Source: a virus
Length of the DNA: 64,000 nt
IMG/VR virus record: IMGVR_UViG_3300025897_000012
Span: 15,755 to 79,754 of that record
Reading direction: 5' to 3' (one strand)
Part shown: positions 60,388-64,000 of the stretch, in pieces
Layout of the letters: each line of letters starts with the position of its first letter
Position numbering within the stretch: position 1 is the stretch's first letter
Made by a program: the position numbers and the translations under genes
The notes under the pieces: model-generated
Seen by the model: only the letters and a program-made list of their open reading frames with translations
Told to the model about the DNA's origin: nothing
Databases searched by the model: none

Positions 60388-61827
60388 ATGCGAGTTCTGG
60401 AAGTTATACAACCAAACAACGATAAACAGCAGTTAAATGAAATAGCTATTACTGGACTTTTGATAACAATAGCTGTTGGAGCTCTTGGTGCAGCAGCTAT
60501 TGAAGCTGGTATTGGATTAGTTAAAAATTGGGCTGACGATTGGGATATCAAAGGATTTAAGCCTACTGGCAATCATATTCCTGATCAAACACAAATTACA
60601 AAAGGTAAACAACGCTTTGTATATAATGCTAAGGAAGGCAAATGGGGCGTACAAGAAAGATCTAGACTAGGTAAATGGAAGTATAAAATGATTCCTGGTG
60701 TAGACGGCGCAAATCCAACTGCTAAAACAGTAGTTATTAGTGCTGAAGATTTAAAACAAGCTATTAAAAATAAAACATTAAGTTTTGGTAACAAAGCGGC
60801 TGTTGTAGACACTATGCAACGACAGTATATGGAAAAACAAATGAAAAGCGGAAAGCTACCCGCTGAAGTAAAAGCAGGCTTTGCTAAATCAGGTAACTTT
60901 CTTGATGATGTAATAAAAAGAGAAGAAGCTGGCGTAAGAAAAGGTGCAAGAGGAGTTTGGAACAGGATTAAAGCTGGAGGCACAAAGATCTTTAGTCGCA
61001 GAGTTTTTCAAGCAATTAATGTTTTTATGCCTGTTGCATTAGTTGTTAATACTGTAAGACTTAAAGCGTGGTATAAAACAAAATTAAACTGGGGCAAAGG
61101 AGATGGTTTAGGTACTAATCCTTTAGATACAGTTGATACGGGCGGAGTAGTAGGATATCCTCACCCATCTGGTGATCCTAATAAAGTCTATGGAAGATCT
61201 GAATACGATCAGGACATGATGAATCTAAGAACAACTACGGTTAACGCGGCAATTGCTTGGATGGCAGCTCAAGGTGTTAATGTTTTAGCAAGTGGAATAT
61301 TTTGGATATATGCACAACGCAAAGGTAAAATTATAGATAGAACACAAGATGGAAAAGTAATCTCCTTTTTAAAAAGATGGAATCCTTTAAAGCTCTTAAA
61401 AATGCCTGGAAAACTATTGAAGCTAGGAGCTGCTGGAGTTTCAGCAGGTTTAGTATACTCAGCGTTTGATAGAGCCTTTGCAGAAAAACTAGCTAATGCA
61501 ATGGCTGATTATATATTTAAATACGATGTGTTTTCACAAAAATATTCAACTGCTGAAGATATTACAGAGCATATGATAAAAGCATTAGGCGGCTCTGGAT
61601 ACGAACAGGCAATGGCCCAAATTGGTCTAGGAACAACAGGCGGTGACAAGTTAGCAAATCAAGACGGTAAGTTAGGTGGAGAGGTTAATCCTTTAGATAA
61701 TACTAGTCCAAGTGGAGAGGTTAATCCTTTAGATAATACTAGTCCAAGTAGCAGTAGCAGTGGTGGTGCTGCTTTAGATGCAATTAATAATCTTAGTAAG
61801 GATGATGATTTCTGGAAAATTAAATAA
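60388..61827 (+). CDS. Probable internal virion/ejection protein with hydrophobic helices
   Basis: Late promoter; MRVLEVI…QLNE N-terminus resembling prohead-protease-processed leaders; several hydrophobic A/G-rich segments. Confidence 0.55.
   Translation: MRVLEVIQPNNDKQQLNEIAITGLLITIAVGALGAAAIEAGIGLVKNWADDWDIKGFKPTGNHIPDQTQITKGKQRFVYNAKEGKWGVQERSRLGKWKYKMIPGVDGANPTAKTVVISAEDLKQAIKNKTLSFGNKAAVVDTMQRQYMEKQMKSGKLPAEVKAGFAKSGNFLDDVIKREEAGVRKGARGVWNRIKAGGTKIFSRRVFQAINVFMPVALVVNTVRLKAWYKTKLNWGKGDGLGTNPLDTVDTGGVVGYPHPSGDPNKVYGRSEYDQDMMNLRTTTVNAAIAWMAAQGVNVLASGIFWIYAQRKGKIIDRTQDGKVISFLKRWNPLKLLKMPGKLLKLGAAGVSAGLVYSAFDRAFAEKLANAMADYIFKYDVFSQKYSTAEDITEHMIKALGGSGYEQAMAQIGLGTTGGDKLANQDGKLGGEVNPLDNTSPSGEVNPLDNTSPSSSSSGGAALDAINNLSKDDDFWKIK
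61676..61749 (+). repeat. Perfect 36-nt tandem duplication (in frame, GEVNPLDNTSPS x2)
   Basis: GTGGAGAGGTTAATCCTTTAGATAATACTAGTCCAA at 61676-61711 and 61712-61747. Confidence 0.95.
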
Positions 61828-62059
61828 TTGGCATACCAGAGTCTTTAGCATTTTTAATATTTTCCATAACAATTTTATTCATTACTTCAAAATCTTCTAA
61901 GTCGGTATCATGCAATAAGGTATATGAATCTACACCTCCACGCATATACCAACATAACTGATAAACTTCGTGCTTAATATTTTTGATCTCATTTTCAAAA
62001 TCATCGGCTAATCCTTTGAGATCAGAATCCTTTGTTCTAATTAGCCTTGTACGAAAAAA
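61820..62059 (-). CDS. -1 frame extension of the gp26-like gene (gp51/gpGT-like part), no canonical start in its first 38 codons
   Basis: 79 open codons FFRTRLIRTKDSDLKGLADDFENEIKNIKHEVYQLCWYMRGGV…KDSGMPII*, entered at the slippery A-AAT-TTT-TTC. Confidence 0.7.
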   Translation of the reverse strand, partial: FFRTRLIRTKDSDLKGLADDFENEIKNIKHEVYQLCWYMRGGVDSYTLLHDTDLEDFEVMNKIVMENIKNAKDSGMPII

Positions 62060-62865
62060 TTTGAATAATCCAATTCAATATTCAATTTTGATTTATGACC
62101 ACAGTTAGCACAAGTAATGTCTGTCTCAGGAACAATAAACTGTTCATTATTACTCATAATAACTTGTTCAACTTTTATAAAAAAATCTTTATCAGCGTTT
62201 TCTATAAAATTAGCTATTTCGTTTAGATCAGTTTCTTCTTCGTTGTCAACTTCAATCTTTGCAATAGATGATATTACTGTATTTTTTCTTAATTCAGATA
62301 AAGCAGAATAAACTTTTTGTGTTTCTTCTCCTCTAATATTTTCATCTTCAATGTTTGGAATAGATTGCATTAATGCACGTTGGTGCTTAAAGTTTTGTTT
62401 GTTTATTTCATTTAACTCTTTAAAAGTTAAAGGGCGTAAATGAAACTTCATATTATCAACTACAAGACTTTCATTAAAGGTTCCCTTTGCAAAATGAGCT
62501 AATATGTTTTGAATATCTACTTCATAACTATTTTCTTCACTACATTCTGTACAAGTGTTGCTTGCACTTATATTAGCACCGTAACTAGCCATTCTGATTA
62601 CACTTAAAATTGTATAGATATCTATTAATGGAATTTGCCAAGGATCTTTTATACTTGGCACACAGTTTTTTATAATATTAACTGTTGTATTTCCGCTTAA
62701 TAAGGTATCAGGAGTTTTAGTTGCAATTTCATTACTAGCTGTCATACTAAAAACTTCTAAATCTTCAGTTTTAGCCAAAGATCCTTGACTATACCATTTT
62801 CCTTTACTAGGTAAGTCAATAGACTGCTTTGGTTGTCTCTGATATTTGGTTAATGGAGATGTCAT
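62041..62865 (-). CDS. Baseplate hub/tail assembly chaperone, T4 gp26-like
   Basis: IDLPSKG.WY, IRMASYG, two CxxC (CTEC, CANC), C-terminal NFF. Confidence 0.82.
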   Translation of the reverse strand: MTSPLTKYQRQPKQSIDLPSKGKWYSQGSLAKTEDLEVFSMTASNEIATKTPDTLLSGNTTVNIIKNCVPSIKDPWQIPLIDIYTILSVIRMASYGANISASNTCTECSEENSYEVDIQNILAHFAKGTFNESLVVDNMKFHLRPLTFKELNEINKQNFKHQRALMQSIPNIEDENIRGEETQKVYSALSELRKNTVISSIAKIEVDNEEETDLNEIANFIENADKDFFIKVEQVIMSNNEQFIVPETDITCANCGHKSKLNIELDYSNFFVQG

Positions 62866-62877
62866 TCGTTTTCCTTG

Positions 62878-62905
62878 ATAAATATATTCATATAATGTTA
62901 TTTAT
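62878..62905. promoter_or_regulatory. Crossed divergent late promoters (ATAAATA on both strands)
   Basis: ATAAATA on + at 62878-62884 and on - at 62905-62899. Confidence 0.6.
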
Positions 62906-62932
62906 GATCACAAAACCTAGGAAATATTAGAT

Positions 62933-64000
62933 ATGGCAGAAACCACAGACGCAGCCGCAAAGGCATTAAAAGAAACTAGTAGTTCCGCTCTAGGATTAGC
63001 TAAATCTCTTGCTTTAACCAAACCAAGTCTTACTGACTTTGCTTCTAAGATTCCCAAGGTTGGTAATTACTTAGGTGCTGTAGCCAAAGAACTTGAAAAT
63101 CAAGTTAGTCAATATCAAGTTTTAACTAAATCAGGAATAAATTTTAACGGCAATTTATCAGCAATGATAACTGCAAGTACTCAGGCAGGACTGAGTATTA
63201 AGGAAATGACTGGTCTAGTAGCTAGTAATAGCGAATTACTAGCAGGATTTGGCGGTAGTGTAGAAGCTGGAGCACAAGGATTCTTAAAGAATTTACAAGT
63301 AATGAATTCTGCCAACAACAAGTATGGCACACAACTTAGAAATATTGGCTTAACACACGAAGAAATTGGCGAAGCTATGATGCAGACCCAACGTATGGCC
63401 ATGATGTCAGGTAGACGAAATGCCGCTACTGACGCAGAAATACAACAGCGTACAGCAGAATACGCAAAAGATTTAGACTTATTATCAAAACTTACAGGTA
63501 AAAGCAATGATGCACTAAAGAAAGAGCAAGCCGCAATGCAAAGGCAAGGCGATTTTAGAGCTAAAACTATGGGCATGGAAGCAGATATGCAAAAATCTAT
63601 GCTTAATGCAGCCAGTGAAGCAGATGCTAGTGGTATTGGTGATCTATTTAAAGACATGATGATTAGAGGCTTTCCAAGTGGAGACCAAGCACAGTTAGCA
63701 GGTATGTTTAGTAACTCTATGGGTGTTATGAGGCAGATGAAAGCAGCACAAGATGCAGGTAACACAGCAGAATATGATAGATTAAAAGGAACACTTGCAG
63801 CAGCCGCAATCAAAGATAAGTCAGCTAACAAAGAAATAGCAATTCTTGGTAATACAAACTCAGCTAGTGCCGCAGTTGCCGAAGCATTTAGAAAAACTTC
63901 TGAGTCAATGATAGGAGTGCAAGCAGAGTACGAGCGTGGAGAAATTACATTAAGTGGACTACAAAAAGCAATACAAGATAGACGTATACAAGCTGCTAAG
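62933..64000 (+). CDS. Tape measure protein (5' part, runs off the window)
   Basis: Not in the ORF track. ATG 62933 MAETTDAAAKALKETSSSALGLAK…YQVLTKSGINFNG…; Ala/Gln/Lys-rich helical sequence, no stop seen to the window end, adjacent to the gp26-like gene. Confidence 0.8.
   Translation, partial: MAETTDAAAKALKETSSSALGLAKSLALTKPSLTDFASKIPKVGNYLGAVAKELENQVSQYQVLTKSGINFNGNLSAMITASTQAGLSIKEMTGLVASNSELLAGFGGSVEAGAQGFLKNLQVMNSANNKYGTQLRNIGLTHEEIGEAMMQTQRMAMMSGRRNAATDAEIQQRTAEYAKDLDLLSKLTGKSNDALKKEQAAMQRQGDFRAKTMGMEADMQKSMLNAASEADASGIGDLFKDMMIRGFPSGDQAQLAGMFSNSMGVMRQMKAAQDAGNTAEYDRLKGTLAAAAIKDKSANKEIAILGNTNSASAAVAEAFRKTSESMIGVQAEYERGEITLSGLQKAIQDRRIQAAK

Noticed and set aside
61676-61749. 36-nt direct repeat as a CRISPR array
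   Set aside because: The two copies are directly adjacent with no spacer and lie in frame within a CDS; no cas genes
602-62311. Numerous 60-130 aa ORFs antisense to long genes (e.g. 10333, 13034, 18808, 40204, 54851, 60585)
   Set aside because: Shadow ORFs on the opposite strand of well-supported genes, with no RBS or motifs
63181-63831. 216-aa minus-strand ORF
   Set aside because: Antisense shadow of the tape-measure gene
1-64000. Stop-codon reassignment, inteins or introns
   Set aside because: Standard code gives near-complete coding density with TAA, TAG and TGA all used as stops; no intein or intron signatures were noticed in gp46/47 or the giant gene

Overview
This 64 kb window is an AT-rich, densely coding segment (standard genetic code) of a large T4-superfamily-like myophage with a contractile tail. 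From left to right it contains: (i) 1-9.6 kb, an accessory block of small-molecule or macromolecule modifying enzymes (SGNH-like, three 2OG-Fe(II)/cupin hydroxylases, a sulfotransferase-like protein, three SAM methyltransferases) surrounding a phage-encoded tripartite tricarboxylate transporter (TctA+TctC); (ii) 9.6-21.8 kb, a tightly coupled minus-strand operon of about 5 glycosyltransferase-like genes, 4 radical-SAM/twitch enzymes and a methyltransferase under sigma70-type promoters; (iii) 21.9-55.1 kb, the tail-fibre/baseplate module, including a 5183-aa giant protein, gp6, gp25, PAAR, gp5 and gp27/gp53/gp48-like genes under (A/G/C)TAAATA late promoters; (iv) 55.2-59.6 kb, a gp55-like late sigma factor, gp47/gp46 and a small GIY-YIG nuclease; (v) a GC-enriched, highly base-paired non-coding region of about 480 nt starting right after the GIY-YIG stop (candidate large ncRNA plus DNA GAA-triloop hairpins); (vi) a probable internal virion protein, a gp26-like gene with a hidden -1 frameshift extension, and the start of the tape-measure gene. 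The top leads are the GIY-YIG-linked structured RNA, the frameshift in the gp26-like chaperone, the transporter/modification cluster and the GT/radical-SAM operon. All assignments come from motif recognition by eye; no searches were run.
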